Assembly: GCA_009873635.1 (NCBI GenBank)
Contig: WAHY01000005.1
Span: 97,564-123,260, forward strand
Direction: 5' to 3'
Source of the DNA: Nitrospinota bacterium
Lineage (GTDB): Bacteria; Nitrospinota; Nitrospinia; Nitrospinales; VA-1
Length of the DNA stretch: 25,697 nucleotides
The notes below the pieces were generated by a model. It ran no database searches and was not told the DNA's origin. It saw only the letters and a list, made by a program, of their open reading frames with translations. Shown here piece after piece: positions 8,317-19,940 of this stretch (position 1 is the first letter of the stretch; each line of letters starts with the position of its first letter). A program made the position numbers and the translations under genes.

Positions 8317-10235
8317 TTTACCTGGATTCCTTGAGCGGGTTCCTCATCGAATCCTGCCAGCAGAATTTTTCCGTCGTTGCTTGCCGCCAGAACCATGCCC
8401 TGAGATTCGATGCCCATTAACTTTGCAGGCTTCAGGTTGGCTACGATGATAACTGTTCGTCCAATGAGATTTTCCGGTTCGTAGCTTTCAGCTATTCCAG
8501 CCAGTACCTGCCGGGTCTCATTGCCGATATCAATTTTTAGTTGAATGAGTTTTTTCGATTTTTTAACTTTTTCCGCTTCGAGTATTTTCCCTGTTCGAAG
8601 ATCGACCTTCATGAACTCATCGATAGTTATTTGATTCTCTGTCTCTTTCTTTTCAGCTTTTGGTTCGGCGAGTTCAGCGAGAATTTTTTCGGCCTGTTTG
8701 TCTTCGATTCTTGGAAATAATTGTTTTGCTTTCTGTGTCTGACCACCCGGTTTTAACCCGCCCCATTCGTTAACGGATTTCATATCTTGTTCTTCTGCTG
8801 AATCTTCAATCCCCAATTGTTTGATGAGAGAGTTCATGCTCTCCGGCATGAACGGACTCAACAAAACTCCCAGGATTCGGAGAGACTCTGCAGAGTTATA
8901 CATCACGGTTTTTAACCGTTCTTTACCCTCATCTGTTTTTGCCAGATTCCATGGTCCTGTTTTGTCGATGTATTGATTGGTGGTGTCTACCAGTTCCCAG
9001 ATTTTTTGAAGGATTTTGTTGTAGGCCAGTTCGTTATAGAGCTTGCGTACTTCGTCAACAACTTCTGTGGCTTTTTCTTTTAGTGGAGCATCTTCAGAGC
9101 CTTCAGTGGCAGGGCTGGGGATGACACTACCGCAATATTTTTTCATCATATTGACGGTTCGGTTTAACAGGTTTCCAAGATTGTTAGCCAGGTCGCTGTT
9201 AAGCCTTCCTATGAGTGCTTTATGTGAAAAGTCTCCGTCCAGCCCAAAAGGAACTTCACGAAGAAGGAAATAGCGGATGACATCTACACCAAACGTGTCA
9301 ATCAGCTTGTTTGGTTCAACCACATTGAATAAAGACTTGGACATCTTTTGTCCATTCACCGTCCACCAACCGTGCGCGAAAATGTTTTTGGGGGGTTCCA
9401 GTCCGATCGCTTTCAGCATGGTGGACCAATACACAGCGTGCGTGGTGAGAATATCTTTACCAACCATATTGTGGTCTGCAGGCCAGAAGCCGGATGCCTT
9501 GATGTCGTCCAATGAGCCATGGATGGAAATATAGTTAATCAACGCATCAAACCATACGTAGGTAACATATTCCTCGTCGAAGGGGAGGGGGATTCCCCAG
9601 GGTAGCCGCGACTTGGGGCGCGAGATACATAAGTCTTCAAGCGGTTTATCGAGAAAACCGAGCACTTCATTTTTTCGTGATGCCGGCAGGATAAAATGCG
9701 GGTCACTTTTAATCCTGTCAACCAGCCATTGCTGGTAGTTACCCATTCGAAAAAAATAATTATGTTCTTTGATTTTGTCGACTTTGCGTCTGCACTCCGG
9801 GCAGTTATTTTCTGCCAGGTCTTTTTCGGTCCAGAACCGTTCGCAGGGAGTGCAGTACCATCCTTCATAACTATCCCTGTAAATTTCATCCCTGGAATGA
9901 AGATCCTGAAGAATGTCACGAACCAGTTTTTTATGTCTTTCTTCGGTGGTGCGAATGAAGTCGCTATTAGAGATATTCAGCCGTACCCAGAGCTCTTTGA
10001 ATCGCTGGTGTAGTTTGTCTACATGTTCCTGGGGTTCCACCCCTAAATCAGTGGCGGCTTGCTGAACTTTTTGGCCATGCTCATCTGTTCCTGTCAAAAA
10101 AAAGACTTCATAGCCCTCCAGGCGTTTATACCTTGCAACAACATCTGCTGCGATGGTTGTGTATGCATGGCCTATATGAGGGACATCATTAACGTAATAA
10201 ATTGGAGTGGTGATATAAAATTTGTTTTGTGACAT
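8313..10235 (-). CDS. metG: Methionyl-tRNA synthetase with a C-terminal tRNA-binding (EMAP/Trbp111-like) domain
   Basis: The 640-aa ORF has the class-I signatures PIYYVNDVPHIGHAYTT (HIGH) and QKMSKSLFN (KMSKS). The C-terminal ~100 aa (...DLRTGKILEAEKV...KLMGIESQGMVLAA...) is typical of the MetRS C-terminal tRNA-binding domain. Confidence 0.93.
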   Translation of the reverse strand: MSQNKFYITTPIYYVNDVPHIGHAYTTIAADVVARYKRLEGYEVFFLTGTDEHGQKVQQAATDLGVEPQEHVDKLHQRFKELWVRLNISNSDFIRTTEERHKKLVRDILQDLHSRDEIYRDSYEGWYCTPCERFWTEKDLAENNCPECRRKVDKIKEHNYFFRMGNYQQWLVDRIKSDPHFILPASRKNEVLGFLDKPLEDLCISRPKSRLPWGIPLPFDEEYVTYVWFDALINYISIHGSLDDIKASGFWPADHNMVGKDILTTHAVYWSTMLKAIGLEPPKNIFAHGWWTVNGQKMSKSLFNVVEPNKLIDTFGVDVIRYFLLREVPFGLDGDFSHKALIGRLNSDLANNLGNLLNRTVNMMKKYCGSVIPSPATEGSEDAPLKEKATEVVDEVRKLYNELAYNKILQKIWELVDTTNQYIDKTGPWNLAKTDEGKERLKTVMYNSAESLRILGVLLSPFMPESMNSLIKQLGIEDSAEEQDMKSVNEWGGLKPGGQTQKAKQLFPRIEDKQAEKILAELAEPKAEKKETENQITIDEFMKVDLRTGKILEAEKVKKSKKLIQLKIDIGNETRQVLAGIAESYEPENLIGRTVIIVANLKPAKLMGIESQGMVLAASNDGKILLAGFDEEPAQGIQVK

Positions 10236-10252
10236 GAAATGGTTTTTCAGCT

Positions 10253-11122
10253 TCAGGGTTTTTGAGAGTTTTTTGAATCCTGATTTTTTGGCAGTTCGTC
10301 TAGAGAATAGGTCATTACGTTTTCATCTTCCAGTAAAACCACGACACGTTGTTCCAGTATTTCAACTTTGAGGACACGTCCTGGTCCTTCCGGTGTATTG
10401 ATATGACTGTTTATCTTGGGAAGGTTTTTGATCAAACCCTTGTAATTATCGTGTTCATATTGCAGGCAACACATCAAACGTCCGCATACTCCGGATATCT
10501 TGCTTGGGTTCAGAGCCATCCCCTGGTTCTTAGCCATTTTAATAGTCACAGGTGTGAAATCAGGGAGCCAGGTGGAACAACAAAGAGTTTCACCACAAAC
10601 TCCATAGCCTCCTATAACCCTGGCTTCGTCACGCACTCCCACCTGCTTCATCTCAATGCGGTGTCGCAAGTTGGCTGCAAGGTCGCGAATCAATTGGCGA
10701 AAGTCTACCCTTCCTTCAGCAGTAAAAAAGAAAATTGTTTTATTCATATGTGGTTGATGCACCACTCTGCTAAGGTTCATAGGCAGTTCCAGCTCTGAGA
10801 TTTTTGCCAGGCAAAGGGACTTGGCTTTTTCCTCTACCTGCTTCCGCCTGTTTTCCGCTTGATAATCGTTATCATTGGCAATGCGTAATACTCTGTTCTC
10901 CTGGCTGTCTTTGCGAAAATTCAAAACCTTGTTTGAGGCCACCACACCCATTTTCAAACCCTGGGAGGTATTGACCATTACAGTCATTCCGACTTTGAGT
11001 TTCAGGCTTCCCGGGTCATAAAGTTCTGATTTGATCTGGTCAATAATGCGTATTCCAATCACAAACTTTGGCGGTTGCCTGGAAGAAGAGCTCTCGGGTT
11101 TATCTTTAACGGCAGTGTTCAT
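10253..11122 (-). CDS. PSP1 C-terminal domain protein (RicT/YaaT-like)
   Basis: The 289-aa ORF has Cys-rich blocks GYGVCGETLCCSTWL and GVCGRLMCCLQYE, which are characteristic of PSP1/YaaT. Its position immediately downstream of holB matches the widespread holB-yaaT arrangement. Confidence 0.8.
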   Translation of the reverse strand: MNTAVKDKPESSSSRQPPKFVIGIRIIDQIKSELYDPGSLKLKVGMTVMVNTSQGLKMGVVASNKVLNFRKDSQENRVLRIANDNDYQAENRRKQVEEKAKSLCLAKISELELPMNLSRVVHQPHMNKTIFFFTAEGRVDFRQLIRDLAANLRHRIEMKQVGVRDEARVIGGYGVCGETLCCSTWLPDFTPVTIKMAKNQGMALNPSKISGVCGRLMCCLQYEHDNYKGLIKNLPKINSHINTPEGPGRVLKVEILEQRVVVLLEDENVMTYSLDELPKNQDSKNSQKP

Positions 11123-11127
11123 AAGTT

Positions 11128-12147
11128 CTATGCAGCCTCACAAAAGTTGATGAGCATATTTTCAAGAAACAACTGAGCATTGGCGTTGCCAGACAAAGCT
11201 TTCTGGGTATTGCGGACAGCTTTGAATCGATCTGCCCACCCTTTTGAACTGCAGGTTTGCGCTATTGGGATCATCCTTGCTGATAAGTCCCTGTTTTGGA
11301 TATCTGCCTGGCCACATCCGGAGCGGTAAAGGGCCAAGTCCCTTATCAATCCCAACAACTCATCTAAAACAGCCTGGAGTTTTTCTGTATTCTTGGCCCA
11401 GGCTTTGGCAAAGGAGAAGACAATATCCATCCGGTCGAAAGATACTTTTTCAAGAACTTCGAGTAATTGTTCCCGCAGGTGTTCAACCTCGGCGATATCT
11501 TCAGACAGCGCTCGTTTAACGCTTCCTTGTGAACGTTGGACACGAAAATCAGTTTCAGTTTCTGAAAATGATTCCCCATCTTCCTGAAGTTGAGACTGAA
11601 TGATCGTTCTAATATCTGATGAAGACAGGCGGTGAAATTGTACTCCCTGGCATCTGGAGATCAGGGTTGGCAATAATCTGCTGGGGTTTGCAGAGATGAG
11701 TATCAAAACCGTTGAAGAGGGTGGTTCCTCCAGGGTTTTTAAAAACGAGTTCATGGCCTGTGTGTTCATAAGTTCAGCGGAATCGATCACTACAACTTTT
11801 GTTTTCCCCTCATAGGGCATATAGGATAATTTTTTTTGTAGATCTCGAATGGTTTCTATTTTAATAGCCGCTTCCCTTGCAGTTGGGGTGGTTTTTGTCG
11901 GCTCAAGATAGAAAAAATCCGGATGAATTTCTCGAGCAATTTTTTCACAAGAATCGCATTCATCACAAGAGTCTAATGGGCCTTTAGTTTTGCAATTAAG
12001 TGCCTTTGCCAAAGTATTGGCCAGCATTTTTTTTCCAACGCTATCCGGCCCATAAAACAAATAGGCGTGTGCAACACTGTTGTTTTGGAGTGCATTGGTC
12101 AGTATTTTTTTTGGCTGGGACTGGCCCAGAATCGACTTGAATGACAT
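11128..12147 (-). CDS. holB: DNA polymerase III delta-prime subunit
   Basis: The 339-aa ORF begins with HAYLFYGPDSVGK (an AAA+ clamp-loader P-loop-like motif) followed by a CxxC...C zinc-module-like stretch. Its length and its holB–yaaT–metG–tatD neighbourhood favour delta-prime over tau, but the tau/gamma N-terminal domain is similar. Confidence 0.75.
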   Translation of the reverse strand: MSFKSILGQSQPKKILTNALQNNSVAHAYLFYGPDSVGKKMLANTLAKALNCKTKGPLDSCDECDSCEKIAREIHPDFFYLEPTKTTPTAREAAIKIETIRDLQKKLSYMPYEGKTKVVVIDSAELMNTQAMNSFLKTLEEPPSSTVLILISANPSRLLPTLISRCQGVQFHRLSSSDIRTIIQSQLQEDGESFSETETDFRVQRSQGSVKRALSEDIAEVEHLREQLLEVLEKVSFDRMDIVFSFAKAWAKNTEKLQAVLDELLGLIRDLALYRSGCGQADIQNRDLSARMIPIAQTCSSKGWADRFKAVRNTQKALSGNANAQLFLENMLINFCEAA

Positions 12148-12535
12148 GGCAATAAATATCGACCCACCAATTCTTCAAAAATGGCGAGAAGATATGGGGA
12201 AGGTATTCTTGTTTGAAGTTTCTGTTTACACCTTAACCTGATATGGCGGAATAGCCACAAACCCTTAAAGGAGTTGGGATTATCTAAATCTAATCAAATC
12301 ATATCTTAATACAGGGGCTCGTGGGTGTAAATTAAAAAGGATCTTGGGATAAAGGTTTTATTGCAAATTTTTCGCCTTAGCTTAACCGAAGAAAATAGCG
12401 CATGATTTGCCTTTGTATTTTTTCTCATTCTTTTATCTTGGTATATATTGAAATGAAAGATCAATTGAGGTTATAATCCCCACCGATTTTGTTACAATAA
12501 CCAAATCGCATCGCTACTTTGTAATAGGATGATTC

Positions 12536-12862
12536 ATGGCTACCAAGGAAAAAGCCAAGCGTAACGTACAAAGAAAACGTAAACCCAAGATACTTGCTGT
12601 CATTAACGATGCTTGTACTGGTTGTGGGGGGGCGCCCATCTGCATTACGGAATGTCCCGTTGACTCTTGTATGTTTGAAGTTGAGAACCCGGATGCTCCG
12701 GCTTTCAACCGTGTTCATGTTGATCCCTTGTTATGCATTGGGTGTAAAAAGTGTATAAGTAAGGGGCCGATGGATACTTTCCTTGAGGGTTGCCCCTGGG
12801 ATGCGATAGATATGATTCCTCTCGACGCTTATGAGACTGAATACGGAACCCTTCCTTATTAA
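12536..12862 (+). CDS. Small 2x[4Fe-4S] ferredoxin-like protein with a basic N-terminal tail
   Basis: The 108-aa ORF has two cluster motifs: CTGCGGAPICITECP (C-x2-C-x5-C-x3-CP) and CIGCKKCISKGPMDTFLEGCP (C-x2-C-x2-C-x12-CP). The N-terminus is K/R-rich (MATKEKAKRNVQRKRKPK). It is a stand-alone gene with 388-nt upstream and 238-nt downstream noncoding flanks. Confidence 0.65.
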   Translation: MATKEKAKRNVQRKRKPKILAVINDACTGCGGAPICITECPVDSCMFEVENPDAPAFNRVHVDPLLCIGCKKCISKGPMDTFLEGCPWDAIDMIPLDAYETEYGTLPY

Positions 12863-13030
12863 AAACTAATCCTACTTTAAATATCAGGGTGAAAAGGGCG
12901 CTTTATTTAAGGTGCGTAGTACACATCTTCATAATAAAAAATGTACCTCAATCAGACTGGGTGTTTAATTTGATAGAATTTAAGTATATTAATCAATGAT
13001 TTAGAGTGATTATACGTAAAAAATAATTTT

Positions 13031-13060
13031 TTGGACAACTTTATAGCGTTGAGGTATGAT
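13031..13060 (+). promoter_or_regulatory. Putative sigma70-type promoter for the atp operon
   Basis: The sequence is TTGGAC, then an 18-nt spacer, then TATGAT (ttggacaactttatagcgttgaggtatgat), about 40 nt upstream of the atpZ-like ORF. This is a pattern match only. Confidence 0.35.
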
Positions 13061-13100
13061 AAGCCCGATTTCCTGCTAGTTCCTCCCAAGCATTAAATTA

Positions 13101-13349
13101 ATGAGTAAAAACAACGGCTTCCGGCAAGGTATGCAGATTGCGTTCAGATTGGGAACTGAACTGACGGTGGCCACATTGATCGGCGCACTTTTGGGTTATG
13201 GTGTCGATCATTTTTTGAATACGAGGCCTTGGGGATTGGCGATCGGGGTTATATTTGGTGGAGCTGCCGGGTCATTGAACGTTTACCGGGCTGCCATGTC
13301 GCTAAGTAATGAAGAAGATTTGGATGATCACGACAAGAATAACTCCTGA
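13101..13349 (+). CDS. AtpZ/AtpI-family small membrane protein (ATP synthase gene 1)
   Basis: The 82-aa ORF has two TM helices (LTVATLIGALLGYGVDHFL and WGLAIGVIFGGAAGSLNVY). It sits directly upstream of atpB, and its size and topology match the AtpZ/AtpI family. The assignment rests on context and architecture. Confidence 0.6.
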   Translation: MSKNNGFRQGMQIAFRLGTELTVATLIGALLGYGVDHFLNTRPWGLAIGVIFGGAAGSLNVYRAAMSLSNEEDLDDHDKNNS

Positions 13350-13368
13350 ATTTGGTTGGATTTAAAAT

Positions 13369-14100
13369 ATGGAAAGTCCGTTACATCATTTTGAAGTTCA
13401 TAACATTATTCCTATACATATAGGTGGGTTGGATCTATCTATCAGTAATGCTGTTGTGGCGATGTGGGTGGGTTTAGCTGTCATTGCCGGGAGTTTCATG
13501 CTGGTGGTGAATCGGGGAGTCTCTCCCATACCGGGTAAATTGCAGAGCATATTGGAAATTGCCCTTGAGTTTATAAGGGATCTGGTTTTTGAATTTATCG
13601 GTGAAGAAGAAGGCCGTAAATATGTCCCATTTATTGCCAGTTTGTTCCTGTTTATTCTGGCATGCAATCTGATCGGTCTCATTCCAGGTTCATACACCAT
13701 TACCAGTCAACTGGCTGTAACCGGGGCTTTTGCCATTGGTATTTTTATTCTTACCCTTATAATCGGGTTTAGTAAACACGGTGCGCATTTCCTGGGTATC
13801 CTTGTGCCGCCTGGGGTTCCTAAAATTATGGTGCCGTTAATGGTTCCTATCGAAATTATCAGTATGCTGGCAAGGCCTATTTCTCTGGCTGTGCGCTTAT
13901 TCGCCAATATGACAGCAGGGCACACTGTTCTTGCAGTTTTGTTTGGGTTAGCCATGACAGGGCCATTGTGGCTGGGCTGGTTGCCATTTGGATTCACAAT
14001 TATCATTAACGGCTTGGAAATCGCTATTGCGTTTATTCAGGCTTATATCTTCACAACGCTGACATGTGTATATATTGGCGATGTGATCAAGTTGCATTAA
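13369..14100 (+). CDS. atpB: F-type ATP synthase Fo subunit a
   Basis: The 243-aa polytopic membrane protein carries the subunit-a signature ISLAVRLFANMTAGH, which contains the essential Arg. Confidence 0.9.
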   Translation: MESPLHHFEVHNIIPIHIGGLDLSISNAVVAMWVGLAVIAGSFMLVVNRGVSPIPGKLQSILEIALEFIRDLVFEFIGEEEGRKYVPFIASLFLFILACNLIGLIPGSYTITSQLAVTGAFAIGIFILTLIIGFSKHGAHFLGILVPPGVPKIMVPLMVPIEIISMLARPISLAVRLFANMTAGHTVLAVLFGLAMTGPLWLGWLPFGFTIIINGLEIAIAFIQAYIFTTLTCVYIGDVIKLH

Positions 14101-14128
14101 TTTTTTGACAAATACTTAGGAGGAAAGA

Positions 14129-14350
14129 ATGGGTTCAGAAGCTGCTGCATTAATTGGAATGGGATTGTGTGCCGCCGGTTTTTTCGGAGCCGCTTTGGGG
14201 ATCGCGTATATATTTGCGAAAACCATTGAGACGGTTGGGCGTCAGCCTAACGCAGAGGCCCGGGTAGCAAAGTATTGCTGGATCGGTTTTGCGCTGGTAG
14301 AAGCGATCGCGCTGTACGCTCTGGTTATTGCCTTTATCATTATGCCGTAA
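14129..14350 (+). CDS. atpE: F-type ATP synthase Fo subunit c
   Basis: The 73-aa two-helix hairpin has a GRQP polar loop and the conserved carboxylate in ALVEAIALYALV. An aggagg SD lies upstream. Confidence 0.92.
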   Translation: MGSEAAALIGMGLCAAGFFGAALGIAYIFAKTIETVGRQPNAEARVAKYCWIGFALVEAIALYALVIAFIIMP

Positions 14351-14480
14351 AGGGGCTGAAAGCTTTCGCTGGTAAATGGCTTTTTGTGGGTAAGCATTCT
14401 CCCTTCTAGCCGTTGCTCTTTGGTCCCTCGCCAGGTGGCTGGGTACCACCCCCCTTGAATGGACGAATTTTTTTTAAGGA

Positions 14481-15008
14481 TTGGATATGCCTCAATTTGA
14501 ACAGGTGTCTGTTTTTGGCTCACTGATTTTCTGGTCGGTGATCTCTTTTGCTCTTTTATTTTTTCTTCTCAAAAGATTTGCGTTTCCTCCAATTCTGGAG
14601 GCGATTGAGATGCGGGAGAAAAAAATCCGCACTGATATTGAAGATTCAGAGAAACTGAAAGAAGAAGCGCAAAAAATAAAACAGGAGTTGGAGGAAACTC
14701 TAAAAGCCGCGCATGGCAAGGCCGAAACGATTGTGCAACTGGCCCATGATGAGGCCAAGAAGGCTCAGGAAAAAAGTCTTCAGGAAACCGAAGCTAAAGT
14801 CCGTCAGATTCAAAAAGACGCCGAGCAGGAAGTTCAAAGCTCACGCAATAAGCTTCTCCAGGAAATTCGCAGTTACACAGCTGCTTTGACAATTGCTTCT
14901 ACAGAGAAGTTTCTGAAAAAAGCTTTGAATGAAGACGATAAGAAAAGGCTTGTGGAAGAATCCATAGAACAGGTGGTTCAGGAGTTGGAAAAACGTCAGA
15001 GAAACTGA
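14481..15008 (+). CDS. atpF: F-type ATP synthase Fo subunit b
   Basis: The 175-aa ORF has one N-terminal TM helix followed by a long E/K/A/Q-rich helical region. It lies between atpE and atpH. Confidence 0.85.
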   Translation: MDMPQFEQVSVFGSLIFWSVISFALLFFLLKRFAFPPILEAIEMREKKIRTDIEDSEKLKEEAQKIKQELEETLKAAHGKAETIVQLAHDEAKKAQEKSLQETEAKVRQIQKDAEQEVQSSRNKLLQEIRSYTAALTIASTEKFLKKALNEDDKKRLVEESIEQVVQELEKRQRN

Positions 15009-15030
15009 CTTTGACAAATAAGGTAAAACG

Positions 15031-15582
15031 ATGCTTGAAAATCAGGTAGGAAAAAGATATGCCGAGGCCCTTTCCGGGAATATTTCCGATACAGGTACAT
15101 TGGAAAAGGCTCTCGAAAATTTGAGGTCTTTCAATGAGGCCATGTTTACGGAGCCTGAATTGGCCCGTTTTTTTGAGCATCCTTCCATTTCATCGGAAAA
15201 GAAACAAAATGTGGTTAAGGAGATTTGCGACCGCCTGGAGGTAGATGAAAAAGTAACAAACATGATGACTTTGCTCAATGAGCGGGGCAAGGTTTTGTTT
15301 CTGGGCAAGATTGTTGAGTACTTTGAACAAGTAGTAGACCGCCGTTTGAACCAGACACGTGTCCAGGTCACTTCGGCTCATCCTTTGACTACTGAAAACA
15401 TTGACCGGTTAAAAACCGCTCTCAATAAAATTTTAGGAAAAACTATTTTGATCGATACCGAGGTGGATGAGTCGCTGATAGGCGGCATCATGTTGCGCAT
15501 CGGCGACCAAGTGGCGGATGACACCATTCGTAACCGTTTGGAGATCTTAAAACGAACGATAGAAAAAGAGGAGGTAGCCTAA
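15031..15582 (+). CDS. atpH: F-type ATP synthase delta subunit (OSCP)
   Basis: The 183-aa ORF has OSCP-family size and position between atpF and atpA. Its C-terminal LIGGIMLRIGDQVADDTIRNRLE block is typical of the family. Confidence 0.85.
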   Translation: MLENQVGKRYAEALSGNISDTGTLEKALENLRSFNEAMFTEPELARFFEHPSISSEKKQNVVKEICDRLEVDEKVTNMMTLLNERGKVLFLGKIVEYFEQVVDRRLNQTRVQVTSAHPLTTENIDRLKTALNKILGKTILIDTEVDESLIGGIMLRIGDQVADDTIRNRLEILKRTIEKEEVA

Positions 15583-17091
15583 GTGAATTTACGAGCCGAT
15601 GAAATCAGTTCCTTGATTCAAAAGCAGATTGAAGGCTTTGAAGAAGGGATCGAGCTCAAGGAAACCGGACGGGTGATTTCTGTGGGCGACGGAATCGCGC
15701 GTATTTATGGTCTTGGAGAAGCCATGTCGGGTGAACTTCTGGAATTTCCCGGTGGTTTGGCGGGTATGGTCCTCAACCTTGAGGAAGACAATGTCGGAGC
15801 GGTTTTGCTCGGGCGTGATGAAGATATTAAGGAAGGAGATGAGGTAAAGCGAACCGGCCGTATCATGGAAGTTCCTATTGGCCCTGAGCTGGTTGGGCGG
15901 GTTGTGGATGGCTTGGGACAGCCTATTGACGGGAAAGGACCTGTTAAAACCGAAAAGTTTGGACCGATTGAAAGGGTTGCACCCGGTGTTATTGACAGGA
16001 AATCGGTTCATGAACCTATGCAAACAGGTATTAAAGCTATCGATGGCATGATTCCTGTTGGCAGGGGACAACGGGAATTGATCATTGGTGACCGCCAGAC
16101 AGGCAAAACCGCCGTTGCCATTGATACCATTATCAATCAAAAAGGTCAGAACATGTTCTGCATCTATGTGGCGGTGGGGCAGAAACGCTCTACGGTTGCA
16201 CGGGTGGTGAAATCATTGGAACAACATGGTGCGATGGAATATACCATTGTGGTTTCCGCATCAGCCAGTGACCCGGCTCCCATGCAGTTTATCGCTCCGT
16301 ATGCAGGATGTGCCATGGGTGAGTATTTCCGGGATAACGGGCAACACTGCCTGATTGTTTATGATGATCTTAGTAAGCAGGCAGCCGCTTACAGACAATT
16401 ATCGCTTTTATTAAGACGACCTCCGGGACGTGAAGCTTATCCCGGTGATGTATTCTTTCTGCACTCCAGATTGCTGGAGCGGTCCGCAAAAGTCAGTGAT
16501 GAACTGGGTGCCGGGTCCATGACCGCCTTGCCGATTATTGAGACTCAGGCGGGTGACGTATCTGCGTACATTCCGACCAACGTAATTTCCATTACAGATG
16601 GTCAGATTTTCCTGGAAACAGACCTATTTTATTCTGGCGTGCGTCCCGCTATCAACGTTGGTTTGTCAGTCTCTCGTGTTGGTGGCGCGGCACAAATCAA
16701 GGGAATGAAGCAGGTTGCAGGTCAGCTGCGTCTTGATCTTGCGCAGTACCGTGAAATGGCCGCCTTCGCACAGTTTGGAAGTGACTTGGATGCAGCGACA
16801 CAGGCACAACTTAACCGTGGTGAACGACTGGTGGAATTGCTCAAGCAGGATCAATATAAACCCTTGAGCGCAGTTCAACAGATCGTTTCCATATTCTCGG
16901 GTGTTCGTGGGCTGATCGATGATATTCCTGTCGCTGATGTCAAAAAGTTCGAAAATGGTCTTCTCAACTTTATGGAAGACAAGCATCAGGCGCTTTTGAA
17001 TAAAATTGAAGAAGCCAAGAAACTTGATGATGACTCAGAGGCACAGTTAAAAGCAGCTATTGAGGAATTCAAGGGACTTTTTAAAAGTTAA
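15583..17091 (+). CDS. atpA: F-type ATP synthase alpha subunit
   Basis: The 502-aa ORF has the Walker A motif GDRQTGKT. The GTG start at 15583 immediately abuts the atpH stop at 15580-15582. It is highly collinear with bacterial AtpA. Confidence 0.95.
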   Translation: MNLRADEISSLIQKQIEGFEEGIELKETGRVISVGDGIARIYGLGEAMSGELLEFPGGLAGMVLNLEEDNVGAVLLGRDEDIKEGDEVKRTGRIMEVPIGPELVGRVVDGLGQPIDGKGPVKTEKFGPIERVAPGVIDRKSVHEPMQTGIKAIDGMIPVGRGQRELIIGDRQTGKTAVAIDTIINQKGQNMFCIYVAVGQKRSTVARVVKSLEQHGAMEYTIVVSASASDPAPMQFIAPYAGCAMGEYFRDNGQHCLIVYDDLSKQAAAYRQLSLLLRRPPGREAYPGDVFFLHSRLLERSAKVSDELGAGSMTALPIIETQAGDVSAYIPTNVISITDGQIFLETDLFYSGVRPAINVGLSVSRVGGAAQIKGMKQVAGQLRLDLAQYREMAAFAQFGSDLDAATQAQLNRGERLVELLKQDQYKPLSAVQQIVSIFSGVRGLIDDIPVADVKKFENGLLNFMEDKHQALLNKIEEAKKLDDDSEAQLKAAIEEFKGLFKS

Positions 17092-17094
17092 TCA

Positions 17095-19818
<2,724 letters not shown>

Positions 19819-19862
19819 TTCCTTACATTTTAGGCGTTTCCTAAAGTAGTTTACTTTCCGGC

Positions 19863-19940
19863 TTATAGCTTCTTAAAGATCAGAATACCTCATTAAAAAT
19901 CTTTATCTTTATGTATTTTATTTTAATAAAGTTTAGTTGG
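19863..19940. repeat. Copy A of a ~78-nt AT-rich imperfect direct repeat (partner at 24783-24861)
   Basis: Copy A reads ttatagcttcttaaagatcagaatacctcattaaaaatctttatctttatgtattttattttaataaagtttagttgg. Copy B reads ttatagtttcttaatgatcatcatatctcattaaaaaatctttatctgtatgtattttatttttataagattttaatgg. Identity is about 83% overall. The core ctcattaaaaa(a)tctttatct[t/g]tatgtattttatttt is about 38 nt with 1 mismatch and 1 indel. Copy A lies in the convergent gap between atpC and the KamA-like gene, and its last 8 nt overlap the 3' end of the KamA-like CDS. Confidence 0.8.

Noticed and set aside
12148-12535. Possible tRNA, sRNA or riboswitch in the 388-nt holB–ferredoxin spacer, and in 23719-24035
   Set aside because: I scanned by eye for tRNA-like GTTC-arm and acceptor patterns and for obvious conserved riboswitch cores, and found none. 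This cannot be excluded without covariance-model searches, so no feature is called.
15589-16140. 183-aa minus-strand ORF inside atpA, and similar antisense ORFs in the atp operon at 13398-13700, 13707-14006, 14150-14449, 16666-16986, 17428-17811 and 17912-18187
   Set aside because: They are fully embedded antisense to strongly supported ATP synthase genes. They have no SD and low-complexity or odd composition. These are typical shadow ORFs.
19819-19862. Possible rho-independent terminator after atpC
   Set aside because: Only a 6-bp AT-rich inverted repeat (aaagta/tacttt) is present, with no T-run. It is too weak to call. The repeat element that follows may serve that role.
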